The translations under genes and the position numbers were made by a program. A stretch of 64,000 nucleotides of DNA from Eledone cirrhosa (lineage: Eukaryota): positions 26,970,001 to 27,034,000 of the forward strand of contig OZ024756.1 in assembly GCA_964016885.1 (NCBI GenBank), read 5' to 3'. Shown here in pieces: positions 44,039 to 58,453 of this stretch; position 1 is the stretch's first letter, and each line of letters begins with the position of its first letter. The notes beneath the pieces were generated by a model. The model had not been told where the DNA came from, did not search any database, and saw nothing but the letters and a program-made list of their open reading frames with translations.

Positions 44039-44160
44039 CAGGTCTGAACACAAAGGAACCAAACTCCCACTGTCACTGCCTCATAGTAAGTGTGTGTCTG
44101 TGAAATATATATATATACACCAGATCTGAACACAAAGGAACCAAACTCCCACTGTCACTG
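43600..44160. repeat. Compound tandem repeat (~4 units plus an inverted fragment) with variable internal (TA)n
   Basis: gtgtgtctgtgaaa-(ta)n-caccaggtctgaacacaaaggaaccaaactcccactgtca recurs. Confidence 0.85.
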
Positions 44161-44204
44161 TTTCAGTCTCTGCCTCTCTCTCCATCTCTCACTATTATGA
44201 GCAA

Positions 44205-44823
44205 ATAGGGATCCACGCGCTGGCCATCCTACAGCCCCGACAGACAGAATAGAGAAAACGTTTCCCCAGAGGATGGTGAGGGAAACGTACTGGAAGAGTC
44301 ATTCCAGCTTGTGAGGGTCACACCTGCATGTAGCCAACTCTGTGGCGATGGTGGTGAGTAGGGAGGTGGCTCTAGAGTCAAGGACACCAGAAGTCTCCAC
44401 TGCTACGGGTTTGACCACAAACCTTTTGGAGAGCGACCGATATTTGGAGAGCTTACCCGGGTTAGACCACAAACCTGTTGGAGAGCGACCGATATTTGGA
44501 GAGTTTACTTGGGTTTGACCACAAACCTGTTGGGAGAGCGACCGATATTTGGAGAGCTTACCCGGGTTTGACCACAAACCTGTTGGAGAGCGACCGATAT
44601 TTGTAGAGTTTACTTGGGTTTGACCACAAACCTGTTGGGAGAGCGACCGATATTTGGAGAGCTTACCCGGGTTTGACCACAAACCTGTTGGAGAGCGACC
44701 GATATTTGTAGAGTTTACTTGGGTTTGACCACAAACCTGTTGGAGAGCGACCAATATTTGGAGAGTTTACCCGGGTTTGACCACAAACTTGTTGGAGAGC
44801 GATCGATATTTGGAGAGTTTACC
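44205..44823 (-). mobile_element. CRE-clade 3' fragment whose 5' part is amplified as a 52/53-bp minisatellite x~8
   Basis: KLSKYRSLSKRFVVKPVAVETSGVLDSRATSLLTTIATEL...LFQYVSLTILWGN; the repeat unit is the KYRSLS..FVVKP segment. Confidence 0.75.
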
Positions 44824-46009
44824 CTCCTATGTACTATGAAGAACAATATAATTTAAATCACAGTATACACCTCAAAATAACATCCATCATTGTCTTATGA
44901 AGTGCGTGTGTGTGCGTTCATGCTTTTGTTTCTGTTTTTGCTTTTTCTTTTACTTGTATGTTCTTATTGCTCATCCTATGAAGAACATCTTCCGTTGTTG
45001 GTCAGGTCAAAGAGTTCAAACCACTTCTAACATCCTTTCTTCTCTTCTCCATCCTTATTTTTTTTTTAACCTCTTGCTCAACTTCCGATTTCTTGATGAG
45101 ATGAGGTGGTTGACAACCATCACTTACAAGGACCCCCCCCCCTCTCACGAAAAGAACAAAAAAACAACTAACTATAACTAATAAACAACAATAGAATACA
45201 AAGGAAATTAATGAGGGTCTGAGTTGGTTAAAAGAAACCACACGCAAACACACAGGTGCTCCTGTCTTAATTTGGGGGTGAAATTTAGGGTTTTTTTTTT
45301 TAGTGTTTGATGTGTTTTGGATGAATCTGACCTTCAAAACACACCAAAAGGTGTGTATGTGTATATAGGGACTTGTATGTGTGTATGCATGCGTGTACAT
45401 GTGTATGTCTGCCTTGTTTCATCTGTCCTGCATTACTCATTGGACTTGCCCAGGTGTGTATGTGTATGTGTGTGGATGTCAGCTTTGTTTCACTTGCCCT
45501 ATATTACTCATTTGATTTGTCAAGATGTGCGTGCATGTGTGTAGATCATTAAAACACCTTAGAAACCTTCTATAAGAAGCAATATGATAGGATAACATCC
45601 ATGATCTCAGCTGGTCTCACTTGGGGATCCAGCTGGATCAGTTGGAAACAGTTGCTTCTGACAGGACCCTTTCAGGAATAAGTAGGCAAAGAAGATGGTG
45701 TAATTTAAGGATTATTTGACTGCTATTTCTAACAATTCAAGCAACTGTATGTTTTCCCTTCTCCATTAATATTTAAACCCACTGTTTTCCCTTTGTTTTT
45801 GATATTTAAACCCAAGATTTTCCCTTTAATATTTAAACCCAGTTTTCCCTTTGTTTTTGATATTTAAACCCACTATTTTCCCTTAAATATTTAAACCCAC
45901 TGTTTTCCCTTTGTTGATGTCCCCTTTCATTTACTTAATGTAAACCCTACTTAGTATGTTTTGTCTTGAGTCTTTGTGGCCAGTATAAAAAAAAAAACCC
46001 ATTCATTAC

Positions 46010-46405
46010 AGCCCTTTATGTTCAGAGTTCAAATCCCCCCAAAGTTAGCCTTGCCTTTTATCCTTACGGGGTCAACAATAAAGTACCAGTAATGCACTGG
46101 AGTCAATTTAATAGATTTTTTTCCCTCCCCTAAAATTGTTGGCTTTGTGCCTAATTCAGAAACCACAAAGTTAACTTTGCTTTGCACCCAATAAAATAAA
46201 GTACCAGTAATGTACTGGGGTAATTGTTGGCCTTGTGCCTAAAGTAGAAACAATTATTTAAAACAAAAGTCTGTGTATTTGGGGAATCTTATGTCCATTA
46301 TTGACTTTGCCTTTCATCCTTACGGGGTCGGGGTCGATAAAATAAAGTACCAGTAATGTACTGAGGAAATTTGCTGGCCTTGTGCCTAAAGTAGAAACAA
46401 TTATT
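46010..46405 (+). mobile_element. Three partial tandem SINE 3' halves
   Basis: Repeated aataaagtaccagtaatg...ggccttgtgcctaaagtagaaac. Confidence 0.75.
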
Positions 46406-47323
46406 TAGAGGGGACCACATACAGAATGGTGGTGGTGGTGGAAGCTATGATTACTGACCAATATCTCTTGGGAGTAGTGTATTTCTGTATATGTATGTTT
46501 TTATATGTGTGTGTGTGTGTGTGTGTGTATGTGTGTGTGTGTATGTGTGTGTGTATGTGTGTGTGTGTGTGAAAGAGACACTTTTTTCTATCTTTTACTA
46601 CTTCTCTTTCTTTCCTCCTCCACCCCAGTTTATGTGTGGGGGTGAATTTGAGGACAGTGTACCAAGTGATATATTTAAGTGTTTGTCTGGAAAAAGGGGG
46701 CTTCCAGTGTTAACCCCTTCTCTCCTTCACCCCCTCCCCTCTCCTCTCTCTATCACACCCACTCACCTGAGCCCCCCCCCCCCCACCCCACTGACTGGGA
46801 CTGCCAGAACAGGGATGTAAGAGAAAGATGAAAGTTAAGAGAGCCACAGAGATGATGATGGTGGTGGTGGTGATGGTGGTGGTGGTGGTGGTGGTGGTGG
46901 TGGTGGTGGTGGTGGTGGTGGTGGTGGTGGTGGTGGTGGTGGTGATGATGATGATGGCTTGATATAGTTGAAGAGGAAATTACTATATAAATGTTGAGTG
47001 GTTTTGTCATTATCAACACCATCATCATCATCATCATCTTTGGCAGCATTCCTCCTGCACCAACATCACCACCATCTTCATCATCATCATTCATTCATAC
47101 CACTACTCCTAAAAAAAAAATCATCATCATCATCATTATCGGCATCATCCATCACTTGAAACTCTATCCTCATCAGGACTACCATCACTGCTATCACCCT
47201 CACCTCTTCCTTCCCCATAGTATCATCATCATCATCATCATGGTCATCATCATCATTATCATGGTCATCATCATCACAATGTATCATGGGTTGGACAACA
47301 GTAAATATGAGTATAAGATCATG

Positions 47324-49160
47324 AGTGGAGTGGTGTGGTTGCTAAACTTAGTGGAGTGGTGTGGTTGCTAAACTTAGTGGAGTGGTGTGGTTGCTAAACT
47401 TAGTGGAGTGGTGTGGTTGCTAAACTTAGTGGAGTGGTGTGGTTGCTAAACCTAGTGGAATGGTGTGGTTGCTAACCTTAGTGGAATGGTGTGGTTGCTA
47501 AACTTAGTGGAATGGTGTGGTTGCTAAACCTAGTGGAGTGGTGTGGTTGCTAAACCTAGTGGAATGGTGTGGTTGCTAAACTTAGTGGAATGGTGTGGTT
47601 GCTAAACCTAGTGGAATGGTGTGGTTGCTAAACTTAGTGGAATGGTGTGGTTGCTAAACCTAGTGGAGTGGTGTGGTTGCTAAACCTAGTGGAATGGTGT
47701 GGTTGCTAAACTTAGTGGAATGGTGTGGTTGCTAAACCTAGTGGAATGGTGTGGTTGCTAAACTTAGTGGAATGGTGTGGTTGCTAAACTTAGTGGAATG
47801 GTGTGGTTGCTAAACTTAGTGGAATGGTGTGGTTGCTAAACTTAGTGGAATGGTGTGGTTGCTAAACTTAGTGGAGTGGTGTGGTTGCTAAACTTAGTGG
47901 AATGGTGTGGTTGCTAAACTTAGTGGGGTGGTGTGGTTGCTAAACCTAGTGGGGTGGTGTGGTTGCTAAACCTAGTGGAATGGTGTGGTTGCTAAACTTA
48001 GTGGTGTGGTTGCTAAACCTAGTGGAATGGTGTGGTTGCTAAACCTAGTGGAGTGGTGTGGTTGCTAAACTTAGTGGAGTGGTGTGGTTGCTAAACCTAG
48101 TGGAATGGTGTGGTTGCTAAACTTAGTGGAATGGTGTGGTTGCTAAACTTAGTGGAATGGTGTGGTTGCTAAACTTAGTGGAGTGGTGTGGTTGCTAAAC
48201 CTAGTGGAATGGTGTGGTTGCTAAACCTCGTGGAATGGTGTGGTTGCTAAACCTAGTGGAGTGGTGTGGTTGCTAAACCTCGTGGAATGGTGTGGTTGCT
48301 AAACTTAGTGGAATGGTGTGGTTGCTAAACTTAGTGGAGTGGTGTGGTTGCTAAACTTAGTGGAGTGGTGTGGTTGCTAAACTTAGTGGAATGGTGTGGT
48401 TGCTAAACTTAGTGGAGTGGTGTGGTTGCTAAACTTAGTGGAGTGGTGTGGTTGCTAAACTTAGTGGAATGGTGTGGTTGCTAAACTTAGTGGAATGGTG
48501 TGGTTGCTAAACCTAGTGGAATGGTGTGGTTGCTAAACTTAGTGGAATGGTGTGGTTGCTAAACCTAGTGGAATGGTGTGGTTGCTAAACCTAGTGGAAT
48601 GGTGTGGTTGCTAAACTTAGTGGAATGGTGTGGTTGCTAAACCTAGTGGAATGGTGTGGTTGCTAAACCTAGTGGAATGGTGTGGTTGCTAAACCTAGTG
48701 GAATGGTGTGGTTGCTAAACTTAGTGGAATGGTGTGGTTGCTAAACTTAGTGGAATGGTGTGGTTGCTAAACCTAGTGGAATGGTGTGGTTGCTAAACCT
48801 AGTGGAATGGTGTGGTTGCTAAACCTAGTGGAATGGTGTGGTTGCTAAACTTAGTGGAATGGTGTGGTTGCTAAACCTAGTGGAGTGGTGTGGTTGCTAA
48901 ACCTAGTGGAGTGGTGTGGTTGCTAAACCTAGTGGAGTGGTGTGGTTGCTAAACCTAGTGGAATGGTGTGGTTGCTAAACTTAGTGGAATGGTGTGGTTG
49001 CTAAACCTAGTGGAATGGTGTGGTTGCTAAACTTAGTGGAATGGTGTGGTTGCTAAACTTAGTGGAATGGTGTGGTTGCTAAACCTAGTGGAATGGTGTG
49101 GTTGCTAAACCTAGTGGAATGGTGTGGTTGCTAAACTTAGTGGAATGGTGTGGTTGCTAA
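47324..49160. repeat. 26-bp satellite x~70
   Basis: Unit agtgga(a/g)tggtgtggttgctaaac(t/c)t. Confidence 0.97.
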
Positions 49161-50384
49161 CCTTGGGTTTGCCCCTCCATAAGAAAACATGTACCAGAAG
49201 TTTGTTATATTTTAACTATAAGGAGTGTTGTATATATTTAAGTAATCTAAACCCTTTCTAAATATATGTGTAAAACATCAAACTACTAACGTGTATTTGC
49301 TACTAACTGACAACCACGCTTTATGTGGTCGCTCGACCTGCTAGAAATAGCAGCCAATTCTCTAAATCTCTTTCATTTTAAAGTAGATAATGTATACACC
49401 AACAACCACGACCACTACCATCTCAACAATAAATACTACCACAACAGTACTAGTATGGCCTTTGTTACCCCCATTCTTTGTTGCCACCACCACCACAACA
49501 ACACTAGCAATGTCTTTGTTAAACCCACCACCACTACCATCAACCACAACAAACACCACACAAGAACAACACTAGTATGGCCTTTGTTAATTCCCCTCCC
49601 TGCCACCAGCACCACCACACCACACCATCACCAGCACTAGCACTACCACCATCAGGACCACCAGCATCACCATCACCACCACCACCACTACCACCACAAC
49701 CACCACCAGCAGCACCACCATCACTACCACCACAACCACCGTCAACACCACCAACACCACCATCACTACCACCACAACCACTGTCACCACCACCAGCACC
49801 ACCACCACAACCACCGTCACCACCATCACCATCATCACCATCACCGCCATCATCACTACCACCACCATTTCTACCACCACCATCACCACCATCTCTCATA
49901 CTGAGACTTAGTCAGCATTGAGTAATCCTCAATGAAACACTTGTCAAAACGATTGCTAATGGTCAGTCTGGTTAACTTCATATCAAATATAAAAATCACT
50001 AACAGCTATTGATATTGATTTCTTCTTTTACAAATAAAGGTTAGACTGTCTCCATGGAAATAAATAAATAAAAAACAAAACAAAAACAAATTGGTAGCTA
50101 TGGTAGCCAGATCAATGGAACTATATAGATTTAAAGACTTTAAGATGTGTTTGTTGTCTAGCAACATAGCATGTCAATGTGTCTGATGTTGTGACTAAAC
50201 TAAAAGTTGTGCTGTTGTGTAGGAGTTTTGTCACATCATCAGTGGGTGGCCATGCGTAGCTCTGGTGTTGCAGTGAAAAGGGACCGAAACACTTACAGAG
50301 TTTACAGAGTTACTTCATTGCCTGATGCAATTTAACAATGTGTCTGATGTTGGGACTAAAAGTTGCGCTGTTGTGTAACAGTTC

Positions 50385-50912
50385 TTTTTCTTCTTTGTCC
50401 ACTTATTCTTGAGAGGATCGTGGGGAAGCAGAGTCTGCAAACATTCCTTCTAGCAGGTCTTGTCAGAAGCAACTGTCTTCAATTAATCTGGCTGGATCCC
50501 CAAGTAAGATCAGCCAAGTTCATGGATTTTAACCAACCATCTTGCTCGGGGTCTACCTCGGGCTTTTCTGCCGGTTGGTTTTTGCCCATAAAATCTCTCA
50601 ACTCTTAAGCGATTCTTTCCTGAGACATTCTAACCACATGCCCATAGTATCAGAGCTGTGATGTCTCAATTCGGAGAAGTAGCAGCTCTACTTGGAGTGC
50701 TTCTCTGACCTCTGAGCTATGCTCTCTATCAAGTAATATTATTCCAAAAACCCTCCAGGGGAATCCCATTTTGGCTGCTTGTACTCATGACCATAGGTAA
50801 GGGTTGGCACAAATATCAAATTGAAGATAGTGAGTTTGGTTTTTACGCCTACCTCCCTGATTACTGAATGCTGAAGCTGGCGCATTACTGCACCAGCACC
50901 TGCAATTCTTGC
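50385..50912 (-). mobile_element. RTE LINE 3' fragment, decayed (related piece at 45590-45675)
   Basis: ARIAGAGAVMRQL...TKLTIFNLIFVPTLTYGHE...YYGHVVRM...GRKARGRPRARW. Confidence 0.75.
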
Positions 50913-51818
50913 ACTTAAAATTATGGTATATATATATATATACACACACACACGTACACACACACAGTTGTGCAGGAGTTTTGTCAATGAAATCATCAGT
51001 GTGTGACCCCAGTGGTGCAGTGGAAGGGGACTGAAACACCTACAGAGTTAATTCACCGAGACAGAGGACACACCAGCATCCTCAGCAGAGATCTGGATTT
51101 ACCAAGCATTGGTAGCCAGAAAAATGGAACTGATCATCATCACTGTTTGGCGTCCATTTTGGCACACTAGCATGGGTTAGACGAGTTGTCCTGTTGTGGG
51201 CAATGTTAGGTCAGGTGACCATATCTTGCTCACACAGAACTGATTTGGGCTTGGTTTATACACTTGGATAACCTTCCTAACACCAACCTCATTTACAGTG
51301 AGTACTGGGTGCTTTATGTCGTGATGTTTACACGACCACTTTACAGTGTGGACTGGGTGCATTTTGTTGACATCTACAAGGCCACCTTAGAGTTGAAATT
51401 TTCTCTGTTTCCATGTCTTCTCCAGATTGATTTTGGCTCTGAGTTCAACTAGCCTTAACTCTAAACTCATTGATAATTAATTTGTGTTGGGAAGTGCATT
51501 CTTTGACAGGGAAAAACTTGGCATTTATGATCATTCATTTGTCTTATCTCCTGGTAATGATAAAATCTATTTAGTTGACCTCTACACCTGATTAGTTGCT
51601 AATCAAATAACTGTCTGGTATTCTGGAGTGTTGCTGATCGTTAGATAAAAAATATCACACAACTATAGATACTAAATTATATTAAACTATATATACTAAA
51701 CTAAAACCACCAAATTATTCATGCACATGGATAGGTAGATACTCAACACTTGCTTATGAATGCATACATGCATGTGTGGGAGAAATATACACACATACTT
51801 GATTTTAATATATGTATA

Positions 51819-52065
51819 TAACGAAGGAGATGTGGTAAGGAACCAGATGGACCATAACGCACCAGAGTACTCAATACTTAGGGTAGTAGAGTGGGTAATA
51901 GGAAAAATTATGACCCTGATGGCAGAGCTCAAGCCGTTTCGACGGCTATTTCTGGACTAAATTAGAATTTTTATTAGATTTACCAGGCTAAAAATTCTAA
52001 TTTAGTCCAGAAATAGCCGTCGAAACGGCTTGAGCTCTGCCGTCGGGGTCATACTTTTTCCTATT
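51819..52065. mobile_element. Family A palindromic insertion
   Basis: Long arm plus inverted arm; breakpoint within the predicted stem II loop. Confidence 0.85.
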
Positions 52066-52615
52066 ATATATATATGTATATATATAAACTTTTCCATTGG
52101 AGGTCCCTATGGATCTCCAATCTTTTGTGAAGTGAAACCGATCGGTAAAAGCAATTGGAATAGGTAAATATTTAAATTATATTTTTTAATTTATTTTGAA
52201 AAATTGTTTGAATTTTGCTTGTTCTGCTTATCTCAATATATATATATGTATATATATATGTATATATACATATATATATATATACATATATATATATTTA
52301 TATGTATATAAACATATATATTTATATGTATATAAACATATATATTTATATGTATATAAACATATATATTTATATGTATATAAACATATATATTTATATG
52401 TATATAAACATATATATTTATATGTATATAAACATATATATATATGTATATAAACATATATATATATATGTATATAAACATATATATATATATGTATATA
52501 AACATATATATATGTATATAAACATATATATATATATATGTGTATATATATATATATGTATATAAACATATATATATGTATATAAACATATATATATATA
52601 TATGTGTATATATAT

Positions 52616-52655
<40 letters not shown>

Positions 52656-54246
52656 GTGTATATATATATTATAAAGGAGTAATCACCCTCCATGTTAATA
52701 CATAAAAACAGTTTTTTTTTTTACACATTACTTTAGAAGTTATTGATAAATGAGAACTCCACCCCACATAATGTTATTAAGTAACATAAGTAGTTGAATA
52801 TCCACCTATCCCCCAACGAGGACATACTCAGTTGAACCACGCCCCACTACAACATGTACATAAAATGTGGCTTGAAAGAAAAAAACTAGAGTACATAAAA
52901 CAAGACACAACACACATAACAGTAAAATTAGGAGTTGACACATCATTTGGTTTAACCCATTCTTCCGTCTCTATAGCCAGAACAGAGCATCTAATATGGC
53001 TAATAATTTGTTGTCATCAATAAGGAAACATTTCCCTGCAGCACGTGAATATTATAATCACTTTCATAAAATGGTATTAAGATTAGTATTTCATCCTAAA
53101 TATCTTACCGCAACCAAAGTCATAGAAATAGAAACAGCCTAACTAATGGTAAATATTTCATGAGAAGGTACTTCAGTACAGAATAGAATAACATGTGGAT
53201 GGTACTAAAAAAAAGCATAATGAAAACATGTTCAAAACTAGACATACACAGCACACTCGCTCCTTTAAATTTAGATATAGAATAAACACTGCTGCCCTAT
53301 CTCAATAGATATGGGCACTGAAAGATGGTGGAATTGACAACATTCTGTAACCTCATATTTAAATGGATTAAAAAGATCCAATTTATGTTTGACAAAGAAA
53401 TATAACACCTTGATACAATCCTCTTATTTTTAAACACAATAAACTGACATTTTTCTGTGAAATAATAACCACTTATACAAACCATTGGCTATAGACACCC
53501 TGCAACAGTGACATAGCTGAGATTCTCCTCCGTATTGTACTTCATTGTATATTTCTTCTCTACCCAATATGAGTGACAAGTAAACTGACCATTTTTACCC
53601 AACAACAGCTAACCAGATTTATTTTATCATTCATTCATTCGTCGACTACTGTCGAGATGACGGATCTCACCCTCATGCCCCAGAATTCCCTGTCCCCCAT
53701 CGCTGCCCCCCAGGTCCCGTCTACTGATTCGAGGCCTTTGTAGGTGCACTATGATCAGAAACAGGACCCGGGAAAGCAGGGGCTGGACCTATATCAACAG
53801 GTATACCATATAGTGTGGTTCCATGAGGAACAGGAACCCTGGTGCAGTCAGTTGCGAAATCCATCATCTTTTCAAATAGCTAATAATGTGTGTGGGCGCC
53901 ACTACTACACACATGTGAAAGAATTTGACAGCCAAGTCTTGAAGAAGGTGCTTTCTCCTCCGTGTGGTGGGTTACCTGGCATTTATACCCTCGCCCTAAT
54001 TGTTCGTGTTGCAAGCACTAGAGTAGTCGCTAACCAATTTATTTTATAGCAAGCTCCAACAACTTTCACCTGATTAAAGTTGATCAATGAAAGGTGCTAT
54101 GGACATGTTAAGATACTATGACGATCCATTCATGTTTATCCAGCCAAACAGAAAACACACACGGAAACGCATGCGCAAACAGAGACAGAGACAAGAATAA
54201 ATAAAAATGGCGTAGACATTACAATACAATGGGAGGAAACAGTAGT

Positions 54247-54285
54247 ACACTGATGATGCCACATGTGTGACGAAAGAACTTTGAT
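54247..54285 (+). ncRNA. Compact hammerhead ribozyme motif
   Basis: ca-CTGATGA-t-gccac-atgt-gtgac-GAA-AGaaCT-T-tg; homologue of 25503-25545. Confidence 0.65.
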
Positions 54286-54512
54286 AGACTATATATATAT
54301 ATACCTGTATTTTTGACCGTTGGTCAATCAATGATAAACATTGATTGCCAGATAAATTAACTATGGAGATATAAAAGATAAAGAAGCAAAAACCAATCCA
54401 TACCAAACAATGAGTGTTTTATTATTATTTCTGGCAATATTATAACCCTCCCCAAATATAACATTTGTTTCAACACACGATTTCATATCAAAAACCTTGC
54501 AAAACAAAAATA

Positions 54513-54548
<36 letters not shown>

Positions 54549-55576
54549 TGTATGTATGTATTGGAAAAAAGAAGTTGAAAATGCAATTGGAGTCTTTAGG
54601 AAGGTTTATTTACAATATCTAATAACTTAACTGGTTTCACAAGTTTCATGAGAATGCCGGTTTCTATAGCTGGATGCCCTTCCTAATGTCAATCATATTT
54701 GCAGTGGGTACTGGGTGCTTTTTGCCATGACACACGACCACTTTACAGTGTGGGTTGGGCACTTTTTGTCATGTAACCAATACAATCACTTTACAATGTG
54801 GGCTGGGAACTTTTTGTTGTAACACATACACAACCACTTTACAATGTGGGCTGGGCACTTTTTGCTGTGACATCCACACGACCGCTTTACAGTGTGTTCA
54901 GGGCACTTTTTGTCATAACTCTTACACAACCACTTTACAGACAGACAGACAGATGCATTAGATTGAGCTTAAAAAGATGACAGATGCAGCACCTCCTAGA
55001 TAAACTATGTTGCTAATTATAATCAGTATAAACATTTTATTTAACACGTTCTTATCAGTTGCCACACTCCAATACTCAAATGTTTTAACTGATGACACGA
55101 CATAAAATATCTTCCTAAGATTCACATCTTGGTGCTTCTTAGAAGGGGTTTCATTGCTGCTAATGTGTACACACACAAGCATACACAAACACACACAGAT
55201 TCACACACAAATACACATAGAAACACATACACATTCACACGCACATTCACATACAAGTACACTCTGTATACAAATTCACACACAAATGCACACATATTCA
55301 TGCACACATACTATACAAATTCACACACATACACACAAATACACATAAATATATACGCACATAAATTCACTTTAATACACACACATTCACACACGAAAAT
55401 ACACACACAAACACAAATACATAATCATATACACACTAATACACACACACATACAAACATACACATATACACATTTATATATACACAAATACATACATAT
55501 GCACACACTTATAAACACATATACATACACATATACACTCACATATACACACACACAAATTCACACTAATTCACAT

Positions 55577-55607
<31 letters not shown>

Positions 55608-56249
55608 CTCATATATACATACACATATACTCATACACACACATATATACACAGAAATACACACGTGAAACTAAATAAATAAACGTAACCAACTGCTTTT
55701 TTTTATTTTACGTTTTTGTTCATTTTTATTTTGTTTTATCTTACCCCTCCCCACCCGACTCAAACCCACCCACCTACCCACCCCTAATAACACACCCACC
55801 TACCCACCCCTAACAAACACACCCACCCTAACATACACATATCTACACTTTACTGCAACTGATATTTTGTAATCAGGGATTATTCTCTTTTCTTTCATTT
55901 CATTATTTTACTTGATATTTTGATGTTTGTTGTTGCTGTTGTTGACATTTTATTTATTTATTTTTTTGTCTTTTTTTAATTTACTATTTGATTTTTTTTT
56001 TTTTTTTTTACTTTTGGGTGGGTGACTCTACTACTATCAGTAATACCAGATAAAACTGCAGCACAAAACTTGCTGACTTAGCTGCTCTCATCTTTTGACC
56101 AACCAGACCTTAAGAATGTCTCTCTCCCCACTGAGCTGCTTTTTTGCTTTTATAATATAGATTATACTACATGTCAATACGTTCGTTCGTATATTTATTA
56201 TTATGTTAGTTTTTGGGGTTTTTTTAACTTTTGGGCGGGTGAGTCTACC

Positions 56250-57315
56250 ACTGGATAAAACTGTAGATTAAGACTTGCTGACACAGCAGTTCTCTTGGTA
56301 TTTTGACCAGCCATACCTTAACCAGGATAAAACTGCATCAAGACTTGTTGACACAGCAGCTCTCTTGGTATTTTGACCAGCCATACCTTAACCAGGATAA
56401 AACTGCACCAAGACTTGTTGACACAGCAGCTCTCTTGGTATTTTGACCAGCCATACCTTAACCAGGATAAAACTGCACCAAGACTTGTTGACACAGCAGC
56501 TCTCTTGGTATTTTGACCAGCCATACCTTAACCAGGATAAAACTGCATCAAGACTTGCTGACACAGCAGTTCTCTTGGTATTTTGACCAGCCATACCTTA
56601 ACCAGGATAAAACTGCATCAAGACTTGTTGACACAGCAGTTCTCTTGGTATTTTGACCAGCCATACCTTAACCAGGATAAAACTGCATCAAGACTTGCTG
56701 GCTGACACAGCAGTTCTCTTGGTATTTTGACCAGCCATACCTTAACCAGGATAAAACTGCATCAAGACTTGCTGGCTGACACAGCAGTTCTCTTGGTATT
56801 TTGACCAGCCATACCTTAACCAGGATAAAACTGCATCAAGACTTGCTGACACAGCAGTTCTCTTGGTATTTTGACCAGCCATACCTTAACCAGGATAAAA
56901 CTGCATCAAGACTTGCTGACACAGCAGTTCTCTTGGTATTTTGACCAGCCATACCTTAACCAGGATAAAACTGCATCAAGACTTGCTGACACAGCAGCTT
57001 TCTTGGTGTTTTAACCAGCCAAACCTTACCCAAGATAAAACTACAGATCAAAGCTTGTTGACACAGCAGCTTTCTTGGTGTTTTGTCCAGCCAGACCTTA
57101 ACCAGGATAAAACGACAGATCAAAGCTTGTTGACACAGCAGCTTTCTTGGTGTTTTGTCCAGCCAGACCTTAACCAGGATAAAACGACAGATCAAGGCTT
57201 GTTAACTTGGCAGATCCCTTCTTTTGACCAGTCAGACTGTAATCAAGATAAAACTGTAGACCAAGTCTTGCTGACACAGCAGTTGTCTTGTTGTTTTGAC
57301 TAGCCTGACACTAAG
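56250..57315. repeat. 70-bp minisatellite x~15
   Basis: accaggataa recurs every 70 bp; homogeneous in the middle and diverged at the edges. Confidence 0.95.
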
Positions 57316-57898
57316 AATCTCTCTCTCCCCACTGAGCCGTTATATCTGCTTTTATAATATAGATTATTCTACATGTCAATATGTTTGTATATCTATTTAT
57401 TTATTTTCATAACTGAAAGCTGTATTGGTACTCTAGTAAATATATTGTCAGACTCAGCAAACCTTTGTGACATTATGCAAATGAGCTGTGTAAAATACCC
57501 TTAGAGATATTATTTTAATATCCTGTTTTTATTTCACATATATAGACACACATATGTAACACACGCCATATCTCCCCCCCCCCCCCCTACTCACTCTCTC
57601 TCTCTCTTTCTTTAATATCATGTTTTTAATTTTACATAAATACACACTCAAGCAATCTCTCTCTCTGTCTCTCTCTCTCTTCGCCCCCTCTCTCTATCTA
57701 TCTCTTGCTCTCTCTTTAATATCATGTTTTTCATTTTACACATATATACACACACACATGTACACACATGCCATATCTCCACCTCTCCCCTCTCCCTCCA
57801 CCTCTCTCTTATATATAGTTTGCTGTCTACTCTTTAATTGTGGCCTTGACTCCCTATTTCTTTTTTTGTTTTCATAGTACATATATGTATCTCTCTCT

Positions 57899-57953
<55 letters not shown>

Positions 57954-58304
57954 GCAGGATACCCTAGGTCAAGGAAAACAATGTCCAATCTATTGCAATA
58001 GAGCGTATTTAGTATATTTAAAAGTTCTTACACTTAAACTAAAGTCACACATACATGTTAAGTGTATAAAATTTTAAATATACTAAATGTATGTATATAT
58101 ATATATGTAGATAAATCTACCAAGAGTTTACGGTAGTGTCCAATCCGTATGAAGAACTCAATTTAATCCGGATATCATGGAAAGAAGAGATGCATTCAAA
58201 AATCACTTTCGGTGAAAGATAAACGGAATACAGAGTCAAGATAAAGTATTAAAAAAATAATGAATAAAACAATGAAACAGTTCCTTATATTAAACAAAAA
58301 AAGT

Positions 58305-58453
58305 TCATTATTTAACGATCGTTTCTAGGACATATATGTGTTAGAATTGGCATGCATATTAAACAGATCTATGTACAAAATTATACAAAATTATACAAAC
58401 TATCAAATACAATATACATGCCAACACATACATATGCCGTCTTCAGAAATAAT
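58305..58453 (-). ncRNA. Type I hammerhead ribozyme motif within a ~185-bp-arm palindrome (58245-58646)
   Basis: attattt-CTGAAGA-c-ggcatatgtatg...cacatatatgtcc-ta-GAA-ACGATCGT-T-aaataat: 7-bp stem I and palindromic stem III. Confidence 0.8.

Noticed and set aside
43600-44160. Repeat-spacer pattern resembling a CRISPR array
   Set aside because: The spacers are (TA)n of variable length, the context is eukaryotic, and there are no cas genes.
47324-49160. Telomeric repeat array
   Set aside because: The 26-bp unit contains no TTAGGG/TTAGG array; treated as a minisatellite.
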